A DNA stretch of 64,000 nucleotides from Heteronotia binoei. Taxonomy: Eukaryota. The position numbers and the translations under genes were made by a program. The stretch is from NCBI RefSeq assembly GCF_032191835.1, contig NC_083234.1, forward strand, positions 17,670,001 through 17,734,000. Direction: 5' to 3'. This document shows, one piece after another, positions 23,265 through 36,775 of this stretch. Each line of letters starts with the position of its first letter. The first letter of the stretch is position 1. The notes beneath the pieces were generated by a model. It searched no databases and was not told the DNA's origin. It saw nothing but the letters and a program-made list of their open reading frames with translations.

Positions 23265-24736
23265 CATTTGAAATAAGCCTTTTTTTTTTTTTTGTTTCTG
23301 ATCAGTATTTGCAGAAATGAAAGCAACGCCCCGATTTGCACTTCAGCTGGGTGAATCAACAGGCCTTTGCTTCTCATGTACAATGGCACACGTTCCTGAA
23401 AGTTGAGGCTGGGGAGGAGGACAATTTCTTCTCTGAATTGTTGACCACAAAAGATGTCCTGTATATGCCTTTAAGGTCAACAATTCAGAGAGGCTCTGAG
23501 CACCTCCAAAGCAAGCACACCGGGGGGGGGGGGGCATGAGCGGGGAGGGATGCCCATCCCGACCCTTACCCCAGCAGCCAGGTGGTGCCCAAGGTGGTCA
23601 CCTACCTGGCATATTGGGTTGCACCGTCCCTGTCAGGATATGGGAGAATTGCATCTCCCACACAGTGCTGGAGTGGGCAAAGTCACTTGGCATAGGAACT
23701 GATGAGGCATTGTTGATGGCTTGTCGTTCTGAGTTTCAGGTGTTAAGATATAGGTTTTTCCCCACAAACCACAGCCACATACAGGTGCCTCATGAAGATG
23801 CTTTAGGTATGTACATGCTTTCCTGGATCATGTAGCTTCATTGCAGGCATTGTTCATCGTTCCTGAAACAGTGTCCCAAACTCAAGAATGTTCGTAGTGT
23901 TCTGTTAAGAGCCTTGAGCCAAATCCAGCATTCTCCAGCTCTATATAGGCATTTGCTGGTCATTGAGGGAAAAGTCATAAGCCGTGGCACTCTGCTGATG
24001 TTCCATTCTGTTTCATTCGCATGAAGGAGGAACCTGCCATCTGTGTGAATGGGGGACATGTGGGTCCCTGTAAAGCGCCCCAGTGCTCATGGTTGTCTTC
24101 TGTAGACTCAGACAGCTTCTGTTCACACAAGCTGCAGCCCTGGAGAACAGGAGCTCTTACTTGCATGAAATGAAGCTGGAACATGGAAAACAACAATTCT
24201 GTTGTTCTATCTGTTGAAGGTTACCTATTGCACGTTACTGCAGGAAGACAGGCCCCTGTCCAGCCTTCCTTTTTTAAAAAGCTATCAAGTAAACAAGGGA
24301 ATTAAGCCCAAACCCCAGATATTTAAATAATGCTGAAGCCTGCCAGCACAGCTAAAAGGCCTGAAGAAGGCGAATCGTTGAGAAATGCTTGATTGTCTTG
24401 TTCTTCAGACAATAGGAAACCAACTTAACCTTGTCTGGTTGGGTGGGGTGGAGAAGAGGTTTCGTATTGATCGGCTGTGTCTGCATGTATTATCGACCCC
24501 TCCCTTCCCTTCCCTTCCTCTCCCCTCCCCTTAGCTTAACAGTCAGCGTCTGAGCTGTTATGTATCGATTCATATTTCTGTCCCCACCCCACCCCCCGGC
24601 CTTAAGAATCAGGGCAGTTGACCATTAGAATTTGCAAACTAACATCTTAAAAATGAGGCTGAAGAAGAAGAGAAGGAAGCAATAGAGGGCAGAAAGAATT
24701 CCACAAAAGTTCCCCCGCTAGGCTTATGGCGGCAAC

Positions 24737-24919
24737 CAGGGTCGTCCCTAAACTGCCTGACACGCTAGGCAAGGCTAACTTCTGCCGCCCCCCCCCCACC
24801 CTCAGCACTGATAATGTCACCAAGTCACTGGGAGGTGGGGGGGTCGCCCAGTTTGGCACCCCCAGAAGGCTGGCACCCTACGCAGTCACCTAGCTTGCCT
24901 AGTGGTAGGGCCAGCCCTG
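24737..24919. mobile_element. hAT MITE (TIR cagggccggccct-like); copies 36100-36264, 61225-61388
   Basis: TSDs gcggcaac/gctgcaac; ccttcagc/cctccagc; shared caccctaggcaa subterminal repeats. Confidence 0.82.
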
Positions 24920-26097
24920 GCTGCAACTCAGCAAGTGGTTTGGAGGGTCTTTTTTGGTAAGCACAGCCACCAGTGGTGAGAGGGGTCACTTCACCTTCTG
25001 TCCATGCAGATGGGCCACTTGCGGGAAGGACTCTCTGTTGGTAGGCTGGTGGGCAGGGCCAGGCTGTGTTGTCTCACATCTGTTATAGGTGGGGTTGTTG
25101 CTAGGTTATTCTGATGCGCTCTGTAGGACTGTCTTTACCTGTAAGGCAGGGTTGCCAACTGCAGTTTGGGAAATTTCTGGAGTCCTATGGGGGATGGAAC
25201 CCGGGGTGGTGGTTTTGAGAGGAACCTCAGTGGAGTTAGCCATTTCCTTTGTAGTCTGGAGGTAGCTGTAAATCTGGGAGATCTGGCTGGCAACCATATT
25301 GTATGCAGCTGCTCAGGACTTGAAGTTGGCCAGAGTTACCCTGTTTCCAGAACGCGTGTTGTTGTGGTTGAGGGTGGCAGGTATTCTGCATACATTTTTT
25401 TTCAGTAGTTGTCCTCCTCTTCCAGCTGTAAGATTCCTTTCTTCTGGAAATGCTGTTTTGGCCTACCGGTGACTTAAAAGAAAAAGAAAAAAAAACCCTA
25501 CTTGTCCAGAGGGCTTTTGAAACTAGTTTGCACTGATGAGCACAGAGGCCTTTCAGAGTTTGTTTATTTTTAGGCTGCTCTGACATTGCGAGATGGCTCT
25601 TTTAATAGCAGCGACAGCAGAGTAAATGATTTTAAATGGTACATCTTGTCTTCAGTGTCTGAGTTTTTACTGGGTCCTTTGATTTGCTGCCGTGGGATCC
25701 CAACAAATGAAGCCACCCTCTCACTTTTTCTCCAAGGAGCACCAGACAGCATATTAGCCTTATAATAGCACTGTGAGGTAGGCTAGCCTGAGAGACCATA
25801 GCTAGCCTAGGCTTACCCTATGAACTTTATGGGTGAAGAGGGAATTCGAAACCAAGTTTGTCACCTTAATGGCTACACACCACACCACGAAAAGGTCTGG
25901 GCCGTGCAGTATCGAGGTGGTGGTAGTGTTTGTCTTTAAAAAGACAAATGCTTGCACTTCTTTAGCATAACAAAATGGGGGAAATTCCAAGCAGTGCCCT
26001 TGGCCATGGTGGAGCAGGGCTAGGGTTGCCAGCCTCCAGGTGGGCACTCAGCAGAGACAGAGGTGGAGCCTGGAGATCCCCTATTATTACACTAGAT

Positions 26098-26214
26098 CAG
26101 AGCTTTTTTGGTAGGAAGAGCCAGCAGCCACTCATTTGCATATTAGGCCACACCCCCTGATGCCAAGCCAGCCAGAACTGCGTTCCTGTGTGTTCCTGCT
26201 CAAAAAAAGCCCTG
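26098..26214. mobile_element. Short family A-related hAT MITE; copy at 46264-46371
   Basis: Perfect TSD cactagat; end aaaaaaagccctg. Confidence 0.8.
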
Positions 26215-28042
26215 CACTAGATCTTCAAACTACAAAGGTCAGTTCCCCTGGAGGAAATGGCTGCTTTGGAGGCTGGACTCTTGGGCATTATAGCCTGCAG
26301 ATGTCCCTCCCCTCCCCAAACCCCACAGGAGCCAAGTCATAATGGTGCTGGAGAGACCCTGCCGTGCTCTCCCCCCACAGCAGGCTTTTGCTGCAAGTTG
26401 GTGACCTCCATGCTAGTGTCTTGTGTCCCTTTATATGGGAGTACTGGTTAGGGTTTCTAGGCATAGCCTGGAAACCAGTGGTGTTCTAGGAGCATGGGGA
26501 CATGATGCACTCATAGAATGGCAGTGTTACGTCACTCTAGGAATCACGCAGAATTCTGTGGTAGAACTGTAGACTTCTCAGCAGTTCCTCCTAGAGTTTA
26601 CGTGATGTCACTTACAGACGTGATGTAACATCATTGGTCCGACTGCATTTTCCCCCTTTATTTTTCTCCTCCTGCTGCTCTGAGTGGCAGCAGGAAGAGC
26701 AAATTTTACAGCAGGTGAGCTGCAACCATAGTGGAAGACCCAGCAAACTTGTACTGGTGCGATCAAAACTGGTCTTTTCTGCTTAAGCCCATGCTGGGTT
26801 CAGTTTCTTGGTGATGCTAAGATGCAATCGAACAATGAAGACTTGCTTGTATGTAGGGAATCGCCTCCAGAGAATAAGGCCCTTTTAGATATGGAATGTA
26901 TGTGCGTGAGACGACTGCTCCAGTTGTGGTGAACAACTCTACTACTGCTCCAAAACCTCAGTTACTTGAAATACCCATGTAGATGGGCCTGATTGTCCTA
27001 ATTAAACAGCCATTCTGGTTTACTGGTAGGCTGCCATTGTCTTAAGAACATGAGAACGGAAGAGCCCTGCTGTATCAGACAAGTGGTCCATCTAGTCCAG
27101 CATCCTCTCTCACACAGTGACCAGCCAGTTCCTCTGGAAGCCCAACAGGGCATGGAGGCTGAGGCCTTCCCCTGATGCTTCTTTCTGGCTCTGGGATTCA
27201 GAGATTTAGTTCCTCTAGGTGTGGAAGTTCCCCTCAGCCACTATGGCTAGTAGCCGCTGATAGACTCATCCTCCATGAATCTATCTCATCCCCTTTTAAA
27301 GCTGTTTATTCCTGTGGCCATCATGATATCCTTTGGCAGCGAATTCCACCTTTTAATCACTCTTTCCCTTTCTCCTCCTCCTCCCCATAAAAATACTCTG
27401 TGGAGGGAAAATAATCTTGTATTGAGTTTAATGAAATGTGTCCTTCCATTTCTGCTCTTTATTGTGTATATACACACTCGCAGTTGTATTTGCTTGACTT
27501 CTGTTCTCTGGATGGTGGTGTTTAGGATTTCACATCCCCTGCAGGATGCTTCACCGTTTACAGATGATAATGTTAAGTTTTTACAGGCAAAGTTTACAAC
27601 CTCATAGGGGTTTGCTGACACGAACTTTCCTTTCTTAGCATCTTTTGACTAGGTGATATTGCTTGCCCCCAAGATACATATAAAAAGTCAGGCTGCCAGG
27701 TTCCCCCCCACCCCCACTTTTCTGGCAGGCTTCCTGGACTTTTTATTGGCTGAATGACAGGAAGACATTCCACAGGTGAAGCTCTCCTTATATGTAGTCT
27801 AAGAAAAGCTTCACCTGCTGGACTGCTTGCTGTTTGGTAATTTTTATTTCTTTTTAAAGAATTGGTGTTGGAGGAGAGGTTTATGGGTGCCCTGGGTTGC
27901 CAGATAGTCAGATAAGTGGGTTGTAGATAGGGTTGCCTGGCGTGGGAAATTCATGGATATTTGGAGGGTGGTGTTTGGGAAGGAGAGGGTCTGGGGAGGG
28001 AAGAGGTATAACACCATAGACTGCACCCTCCAAAGCATCCTG

Positions 28043-28335
28043 GAGAGCCAGTTTGGTGTAGTGGTTAAGTGTGCGGACTCTTATCTGGGAGAACCGGGTT
28101 TGATTCCCCACTCCTCCACTTGCACCTGCTGGAATGGCCTTGGGTCCGCCATAGCTCTGGCAGAGGTTGTCCTTGAAAGGGCAGCTGCTGTGAGAGCCCT
28201 CTCCAGCCCCACCCACCTCACAGGGTGTCTGTTGTGGGGGAGGAAGGTAAAGGAGATTGTGAGCCGCTCTGAGACTCTTCGGAGTGGAGGGCGGGATATA
28301 AATCCAATATCTTCTTCTTCTTCTTCTTCTTCTTC
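28043..28335 (+). mobile_element. Squam3-like SINE, young, nested in a Blackjack-like element
   Basis: Only ~4 differences from the 15365 copy; other copies 19385-19570 (+, partial), 32790-33055 (-), 39791-40072 (+), 41165-41434 (-), 63500-63596 (+, partial). Confidence 0.88.
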
Positions 28336-29707
28336 TTTTTTTCTCCAGGGGAACTGGTCTTTGTTGTCTGGAGATCAGTTGTAATTCTGGGAGATCTCCA
28401 GGCCTCACCTGGAGGATGGCAACCCTATAACACATTGCTGCCGCCACTGCTGTCATCCATGACATGACGTAGAAAACGCTTTTTACCTCTTCCCTGCCTT
28501 TGTTTTTTTTTTTAAAATGTGACAACTTCCCCAGTGCCTTTCCTGAATTCTTGTGTGATTCCTTCCTCTCACAAGAGCGCGGCCACCATTTTGATTGCTG
28601 TGGCAACCAAGGAACCATAGAGGAGCTCTGAGAAGGCAGAGGAATTGGGTATAGGAATTCAGGAATTTTGGCTTACAATTGCGCCAGTACTAAGTAGGAC
28701 AGAGCGTTGATGCCCCCCTGAAAGTGGTAAGTGGGTCAGCCACCTCAGGTCACCTCATTATAGAGCCGACTGTGGTAAAATAAGATAGGGCCCTCAGGAA
28801 TGAAGATGTGAACATTTTAGCACCTTTTGCATCTCTTGTCTGTAAGTGTTCAATGGTATTTCCACCACCTTGCGATGGGGAAGAGAAAAGGGAAAGTAGC
28901 TTCTGAGATTCCTGTGGAGCGCTGACAATCTGATGGATAAACCTCTGGGTCTTAGGACTGCCATTTTACTTATTAAGTATGCATTTATTTGCATGTATGG
29001 GGCCTTTCCTCTTGGCTCAAGGCAGCATCATCTAGCTCTGGGGCCAAATCAGATTGCGGCTTAACGTTCTTGCGGTAACGGCTTTACATCTGCCAAATGC
29101 TTTAAAATGGTCTTTTGCCAAACTCAGAAATCAGAGTGGGAGCAGTAGTAGCAGAAAGAATAATAAACCATTTTAGTACGTCGCACATCTCACCTAATAG
29201 CATAGCTGTGATCCTTACAACACTCCTATATGGCAGGACAGTATCACCTCAATATTGCAAATGGGGATGAGGGAAGGTTGCAGCTTTGATGCAGCAGCAA
29301 CGCCAAGCCTGTGGCTGAGCAGAAATTTGAGCTGGATGACTTCCTAATTTGTGGCTCGATCTGTAACTACTGTGCTAGTTCCTGGAAAAGCCTAGTGGGC
29401 AAGCTCCACCATAGAGCTAGTTTTCCAAGAAGCCGCATTACATCCTCTGTGGTTCAGCGCTGCAGCTTAAGCCTGCCTATCATGGGAAAGAGGAATTGTG
29501 GGAATGGCTTCCTTTGGCTCATGACACCCTGGAAAGAATGCTGAACTTGTGTTGGGGAGGCAGGTTCTCCCTCATTCCACAATAGCGTCTGTTCAGTTCT
29601 TCTCTGGCCTGGTCCTTCCCTGTGCCATTGCTGCACGCTCTGAACTATGAGCTCATCTTCTCCTTTTCAGAGGCTGAGGTAACTGTTTGTCTTCTGCTCT
29701 CCCGCAG

Positions 29708-29849
29708 GGCCGCCTTTCATCGTTTCCCCTCCAGAGAACATCACAGTCAACATCTCCCAGGATGCAATGTTCACCTGCCAGGCCGAGGCATATCCAGGCA
29801 ACCTGACCTACACTTGGTACTGGGAGGAGGAGAACGTCTACTTCAAGAA
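29708..29849 (+). CDS. IGSF9B: IGSF9B exon (~6), Ig3 N-half
   Basis: ctcccgcag|GG...AGAA|gtgagc; (G)PPFIVSPPENITVNISQDAMFTCQAEAYPGNLTYTWYWEEENVYFK(N); 142 nt, phase 1-2. Confidence 0.96.
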
Positions 29850-30630
29850 GTGAGCTCAAGCCTCGGTTGTGGGGTTTCTTTGCCAGCTCAGCAGCAGGGA
29901 ATAGATTAAAGGAGATAGATTGGGGCAGCAATTAAGAGATATTCTGGGCCTCTGTCTTGTCCTGAATCTATGCATTCTCACTTGCTGCTGTTCATGTACA
30001 AAAAACAGGTTCAAGAGCTACAGCTATATGTACACAGCTCCACTTACCTTTCACCTCACCCTGTGACTAAAACCTTTGGACTGCAGAAGATATTGTGGCT
30101 ACATAAAGACGAACGGATTTACTGTGGCATAAACTTGCATCACGTAGCCTAAAGGTTGTTTCATAAGATGTCTGGTTACCAAAATTGGGGTGTGTCTTAT
30201 GCATCTGAAGAAACATGAATATCTTAACTGTAAATGTCAAACTTAGCAAATGTTGACTTTTAGTAGCAAATGTCCAAAGAGAAATGTCAAAGCCAAATGT
30301 ATTCATTCAGCACATGTTTCAGTGCCTTCGTTTCCAGGTAAAGGCACTGTCATGCCAGAAATGTGAAACAGATTCCATGTGCAGCTATCAATCTGGGTTC
30401 CTGCAAATCTCAGCTTTTGTGATTTATCTTTTTTAAATTTTCTCAAAAAAAAAAAAAAGCGAGATACAGAAGGAAAAGGGGGTAGGGAAAATACAAATTT
30501 ATCACAAATTATCAGATATTATGAATAGTTACATACAAGCAAATCTCAGCTTTTGGATTCCGAGCTGGGCTTATTTATGTGCGTGCCGTCAAGTTGCGGT
30601 CGACTTTTGGTGGTCTCAGCAAGTGGCTTT

Positions 30631-31037
30631 TGTCAAGTTCCCAAATTTCCTTCCATAACGATGACTCTCCATGGAATTGGATAAGTGTTTATTGTAAGGA
30701 TCTGGATACACTAACTTTTTGCCTAGAAAGCGATACATAATGGCACAGGTTCAGATTATATACCCTTGCAATGATCGTTTAAAGCGCAGCTGAACTTAGG
30801 GTGCGAAAACAGGTGAAATTTAGTGGCTACAGGTCATTCACACACATTCGCTACATAACTTTCACCTAAATATCCCAGGGAGTGAGCAGCGACCTTGGTA
30901 CCAAGATAACTCCCAGCTCCTAGGAGGCAAAACGGGTTAACTTTTGGTCATGCAGCAGACTAAGCATTGTTACACATTCTACATCAAAGGAAAAAGAAGA
31001 AACACAGCAACAGAGATAACAGGAAGGGAACTTGACA
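30631..31037 (-). mobile_element. Solo LTR (407 bp), antisense to IGSF9B
   Basis: TG...CA ends with 12-bp perfect inverted repeat tgtcaagttccc/gggaacttgaca; 5-bp TSD gcttt; minus-strand TATATAA (30756-30762) and AATAAA (30688-30693). Confidence 0.85.
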
Positions 31038-33603
31038 GCTTTGAGACAAGTGAGATGCAGAGGTGGGTTGCCATTGCCTTCCTCTGCATCAACTTCTTGG
31101 CAATCTCCCATTCAAATATCGACCCTTGTTAGTGTCTGCTGACTGATGGTCTGCCTTCCTTCTCTGGAGGTGGTCTTAGGAGTGCCCGTTTTCTCCCCTG
31201 GCTTTGCCCTTCCAGAGCATATTCACTCATCACTTCCTTTATCAGAGCAAAATGTGGTTCAGCACTACATGTCAACCAATGTCAGGCTTCCTTGTAGCTA
31301 TGGTTTGCAAGTCTGCACCAGATTTTTGCTTTTGAGACCATCCTGGATGCCTTTAACCGTCATTCCCTTGTGTGTCCTAGTTAACTGTGGTAAATGGTGT
31401 ACGTACAATTCTAAATCATTGTTAAGGGCAAGAAGGAAAGGAACACGGGAATCCTTTGATGAAGGAAAAGAGAGAAAGGAGAGAGTCTGGATTCTCAAGA
31501 CAGACTTCTGATTTGCAAAACCAGGTTGACCAGAACGCCTCACTGTGTACATACCAGTGCAGCAAACCATGCATCTGACAAAGTGCAGGGCTTTTTTATC
31601 CCATGAAAGCCACAATTAAATGTGCTAATCCTTTGCATTCCAGGAAATAATTTGTCTTTTTGTTCTGGTGAAGATTACCGGTATTGTTCACGATTCCCCC
31701 CCACAGCTGGAAACATGAGCAGTATTGCTCTGTCTTGAGATAAGGAAATGGCCATCATAGGATAAACTGTGGAGAACATCCAAGAAATCTATTTCAGGGA
31801 ACAAGCAGAGCATGCTTTACATACTGGGACATTCAAATAATGAAAGCACAGCAGGAGCTGCCATGTGTCCAGGCTCCTCCACTCTTTGGTGCGCTTGGCA
31901 TCCTTGGGAATCCAGCCCCACTAAGAAGAGCTGTTGTCCTCGAAGGCTACGCGCATTCCTTTGCTTAGTCAGATGAATCATTGAATCACAGAGTTGGAAA
32001 GAACCTTCAGGGTCATCTCGTCCAACCCTCTGCACAATGCAGGAAATCCCCCCCTCAAATACACAAATCCCCCCTCACGCTCAGCGATCCCTGCTCCATG
32101 TCCAGAAGGTGGCTAAAAAACCCCACAAGCCCTCCAAGATCTGTGGCCAAATAGGCCTGGAGAAAAATTGCTTCCTGACCCCAAAATGGCGATCAGCATT
32201 TCCCTGGGCATGTAAGAAAGGGCCATGAGAACTAAGCACTGATGCAGTCCTTCTTGCCCTCCCTCTCACAATCCGCCTATATTCACAGGATCAGCATTGC
32301 TATCAGATGGCCATCTAGCCTGTGTTTGAAAACCCCCAAAGGAGGGGAGAGCCCGCCACCACTGAGGAAGCCTGTTCCACTGAGGAACTGCTCTGTCAGG
32401 AAGTTTTTCCTAATTTATAGCCGAAAACTCCCTTGATGAGTGTTGCTGATCCCCGGGGACTTTCTTTTCAGCCTAGTTCTGCTGCAGGGTTCTACTGTGG
32501 AAAATGCTCTTTGGAAGGGTATGAAAAAGGAAGCATTGTGCTGGATTGCCAGACTTGAGTGGGTTTATTGGGCAGGTAAGGGAAGAGGATAGAAATGATG
32601 CAGATTTCTTGCATTCCTGCGAGATTCTTGCTCCTGTGCGTGTTGGCGCAGTTGTTGTCCGACAGAAGAAAGACTCTGCTGTGATTATGACACAACAGTC
32701 TCACACTGAGTTGTTCCCTTTCTACTGCTGGTGCTCTTTTCAACTGAGGGGAGCAGTCTTTGTAGTAACATTGTGTGGTCCTGTTGGAAGGAGGATGAAG
32801 ATACTGGATTTATATCCTGCCCTATACTCAGAGTCTCAGAATGGTCACAATCTCTTCTACCTTCCCCCTCCAACAGACACCCTGTGAGGCGAGTGGGGCT
32901 GAGAGAGCTCTAACAGAAGCTGCCCTTTCAAGGACAACTCCTATGGGAGCTATGGCTAACCCAAGGCCATTCCAGCAGCTCCAGGTGGAGGAGTGGGGAA
33001 TCAACCCCGGTTCTCCCAGATAGGACTCTGTGCACTTAACCACTACACCAAACTGTTGGTGGGTTGCTTTGGTTAATGGACATGATGTTGGACACAATCT
33101 TGGAGGACACCCTTGGTGTTGGGTAGCTCCCTTTCCGTTGTGCTCCACTCCCAAGATAAACCACTTCCTTCATATGGCCAGGTAGTTAAGCTATCTGAGA
33201 CCAGCAAGAGCTCCTCAGTGCAGTTTGTTTGCAGGGACTGCATGTGGCTCCATGTTGTGTTGTGACAGTTATAAAATGTGTGTAGCAAGGGAGCTCTTCT
33301 CCTGTGTTTGAACCCTGGCTCAGAATCAGGTGGCCCACAACTGAGTAACTCCTGCATCTTCTTTGTGAACGTCTGACACGGTCTGCATGAGAAATGTCCC
33401 TCTTTCCAGCTGTGGTCTATGCTCCTGTGAACTAACATTCCTCCACATATAGCCAAATGACCACAGAACTTTGGTTGTCCAGGCAACTGGTACATGTGAT
33501 CTACCACTGGCCATCTCAAGGGTGGCGCCATGTCAGCTGCATTTGTTCAATTTCTCCCTCTATCCTTTCCCCCACTTCTCTCCATGCTCCCGTTCCCTTC
33601 TAG

Positions 33604-33749
33604 TGACCTCAAGCTGAGGGTGCGGATCCTGATCGATGGGACGCTCATCATCTTCCGAGTCAAGCCCGACGATGCCGGGAAATACACCTGTATTCCAAGC
33701 AACAGCCTCGGGCGTTCACCATCTGCTTCTGCCTACTTGACGGTGCAAT
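33604..33749 (+). CDS. IGSF9B: IGSF9B exon (~7), Ig3 C-half
   Basis: cccttctag|TGAC...CAAT|gtgagt; (N)DLKLRVRILIDGTLIIFRVKPDDAGKYTCIPSNSLGRSPSASAYLTVQ(Y); 146 nt, phase 2-1. Confidence 0.96.
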
Positions 33750-35042
33750 GTGAGTGTGTTTGTCTGGGGCCAGCAGGCCAGGCCCTGCTGGTGGGTTAAG
33801 AAACGCGTCACCGTGTCTGGCCATAGTTCGGCTCTTCTCAGCATGAGAAATGGGGCTGGTGTCATCCCCTGTATAGCCTCCTTGTAACTTTTTTACAGGC
33901 ACTGCAAAAACTGGGTTGACACAGCAGCAGTGCCAGAGGATGGAGAATAAATCTTGCTAAATTGTGGGAACTTGTGAGACGTCGGCTGATTGGTACAGTT
34001 GCTGGGTTAATTGCTTTGTTTAATGCAATACTACCTAGCTCTGCCATATCGAATCGAGCAGCAGATGCTTCAAAGTAGAGTATCATGTCAGTATTAGATG
34101 TCTCGGGGGAGGGTTAATCCGCTACTCCTTGCCTAGACAGGATACGTGCCCATCAGCTTTGACTTATCGTTTTGTTGTATTTCAGAGCTTCCGATCTGCT
34201 AGGTGTTCTTCAAAAACAGTTTCTTGCAGGCCTCTGCTGGGCACACTTTTATTCCCCCCCCCCCTTTTTATGCAGTCCTTGCAAATGCCCAATTAATGAT
34301 GAGGAATCCCAATAACACTTGTACAGTCAGTATGGAGGGCTTAGTTGTACTGTTTGCCTGCTGTGGTGCAAATCAGAAGGGTCAGTGGGTGTTGTTTTTT
34401 AATTATTATACAAATGGGCATTCTTACTCCGATATGGCTGCTGTAGCTTATATAAGGCTGCCCTGCTTTTCTCTATCCAGGTTGGTTACAGGAGCTTAGC
34501 TTCAGGGGTAGCACCTGCCTTGCGATCCTGTAGGCTGTTCTCTGGACAACTTGTCAATAGTAAATCATGGGAGAGATTCCAAGCCTGGGAGCTGGCTTGT
34601 GACGCAAGGTTTTGATGGTTTTAATTCTGACATTCTTGCTGAAGCAGAATGGACATATCTGCACCACGCACTTACACTGTTTTATTAGTTGTATTGTCTT
34701 CCTGGAAATACTGGGGATCTGGGGGAGTGGTTTAAGCATCTTCTGCCTTAGCCTCTTTATTGCAGCACTCTTTTCCAGCTTATATCCCTGGTATTGTCCA
34801 TTTTTGTTCTGCTGCCATGTCTCCCCACCTCCATCCGTGCTTTGCTGCACTATTTTTCAAACCTAGTTTGGTACATTATTTTTGGGTAAGACCACAGTAA
34901 AAACACCTTTGCATGCTGTGTGAATGGAAAGGTGTGTGTTTTTGCAGTTCCCACCCTCGTTGGTGCCATTTCCCTTGCCACCCCCCCCCCCCCACTACAT
35001 ATCACCAAAGAGCTTCCCTCCCCTTTTAATGGTAATTGACTC

Positions 35043-35906
35043 AAGAACATAAGAGAAACCATGTTGGATCAGGCCAGTGGCCCATCCAGTCCATCACTCT
35101 GTGTCACACAGTGGCCAAATATATACAGACACACACACACACTGTGGCTAATAGCCACTGATGGATCTCTACTCCATATTTTTATCTAACTCCCTCTTGA
35201 AGCTGGCTGTGCTTGTAGCCACCACCGCCTCCTGTGGCAGTGAATTCCACATGTTACTCACCCTTTGGGTGAAGAAGTACTTCCATCTATCCATTTTAAC
35301 CTGACTGCTCAGCAATTTCATTGAATGCCCACGAGTTCTTGTATTGTGAGAAAGGGAGAAAAGTACTTCTTTCTCTACTTTCTCCATCCCATGCATAATC
35401 TTGCAAACCTCTATCATGTCACCCCGCAGTCGATGTTTCTCCAAGCTAAAGAGCCCCAAGCGTTTTAACCTTTCTTCATAGGGAAAGTGTTCCAAACCTT
35501 TAATCATTCTAGTTGTCCTTTTCTGCACCTTTTCTGATGCTATAATATCCTTTTTGATGTGCGGTGACCAGAATTGTACACAGTATTCCAAATGAGACCA
35601 CACCATCGATTTATACAGGGGCATTATGATACTGGCTGATTTGTTTTCATTTCCCTTCCTAATAACTCCCAGCATGGTGTTGACCTTTTTTATTGCAATC
35701 GCACACTGTCTTGACATTTTTAGTGAGTTATCTACCACGACCCCAAGATCTCTCTCTTGGTCAGTCTCTGCCAGTTCACACCCCATCAACTTGTATTTGT
35801 AGCTGGGATTTTTTGGCCCCAATGTGCATTACTTTGCACTTGGCCACATTGAACCTCATCTGCCACGTTGACGCCCACTCACCCAGCCTCAACAGATCCC
35901 TTTGGA
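35043..35906 (-). mobile_element. CR1 LINE 3' fragment
   Basis: Minus ORF 35169..35822 (YKSMVWSHLEYCVQFWSPH...RLGLFSLEK) is CR1 RT C-terminus. Confidence 0.93.
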
Positions 35907-36775
35907 TCTGACATTCAGGCCAAGGGCCCACCCAGTCCAAGACTCTGTGTCACACAGTGGCCAAAAAAACCCAGGTTCCATCAGGAGGTCCACCAGTGGG
36001 GCCAGGACTACTAGAAACTCTCCCACTGTGCTCCCCCAAGCACCAAGAATACAGAGCATCACTGCCACAGACAGAGACTTATTGCTGTAGACCTTCAGCC
36101 AGGGTCATCTCTAGACTGACACCCTAGGCAAGGCTAACTTCTCACACTTCCCCCTGCATTGATAACATTACAGAGCCACATGGGTGGGGCATCCAATTTG
36201 GCACTCCCAGAAGGCCAGCGCCCTTGGCAATTGCCTAGTTTGCTAAGTGGCAAGGCCAGTCCTGCCTCCAGCAACACTGGAGTGGAGGAAATGACAGCAG
36301 CAAGGGACAGAGGCCAGGAAAGTGCAGGGGAAACAACCATGTGGAAACTCCGTGGTTATTTGAAAAACCATTGTCATATGAACATACATGAAGCTGCCTT
36401 CTACTGAATTAGGCCATTGGTTCATCAAGGTCAATACTGTCAACTCAGACTTCAGTGGCTCCCAAAGGTCTCAGGTGGATATCTTTCACCCCACCTACTA
36501 CCTAATCCTTTCAACTGAAGATGCTAGGGACTGAACCTGGGACCTTCTGCACACTGATGCTTTGCCACTGAGCCACGGCTTACTGCACACTTATAAAGAA
36601 TCCTAAGCATCTTCACAGTGGTGCAGCTCCCATGCGAGGAACTGGGAGGCGGTAATTGATTAAAATTTAAACTGACCTAAAATGGATGTGTTTATTGTGT
36701 AAGTAGATCTTTGGGGTTCATTTGTGCCCCTGGGTTCCTATTCTGAAGGCTTCTGCATTACCCATGGTTCTAGAG

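Noticed and set aside
22752-23267. 171-aa minus-strand ORF
   Set aside because: It runs through the Penelope palindrome and has no recognisable domain.
24350-24400. Another hammerhead (CUGAAGA...GAGAAA)
   Set aside because: GAAA register and stems I/III cannot be formed; at most a decayed remnant.
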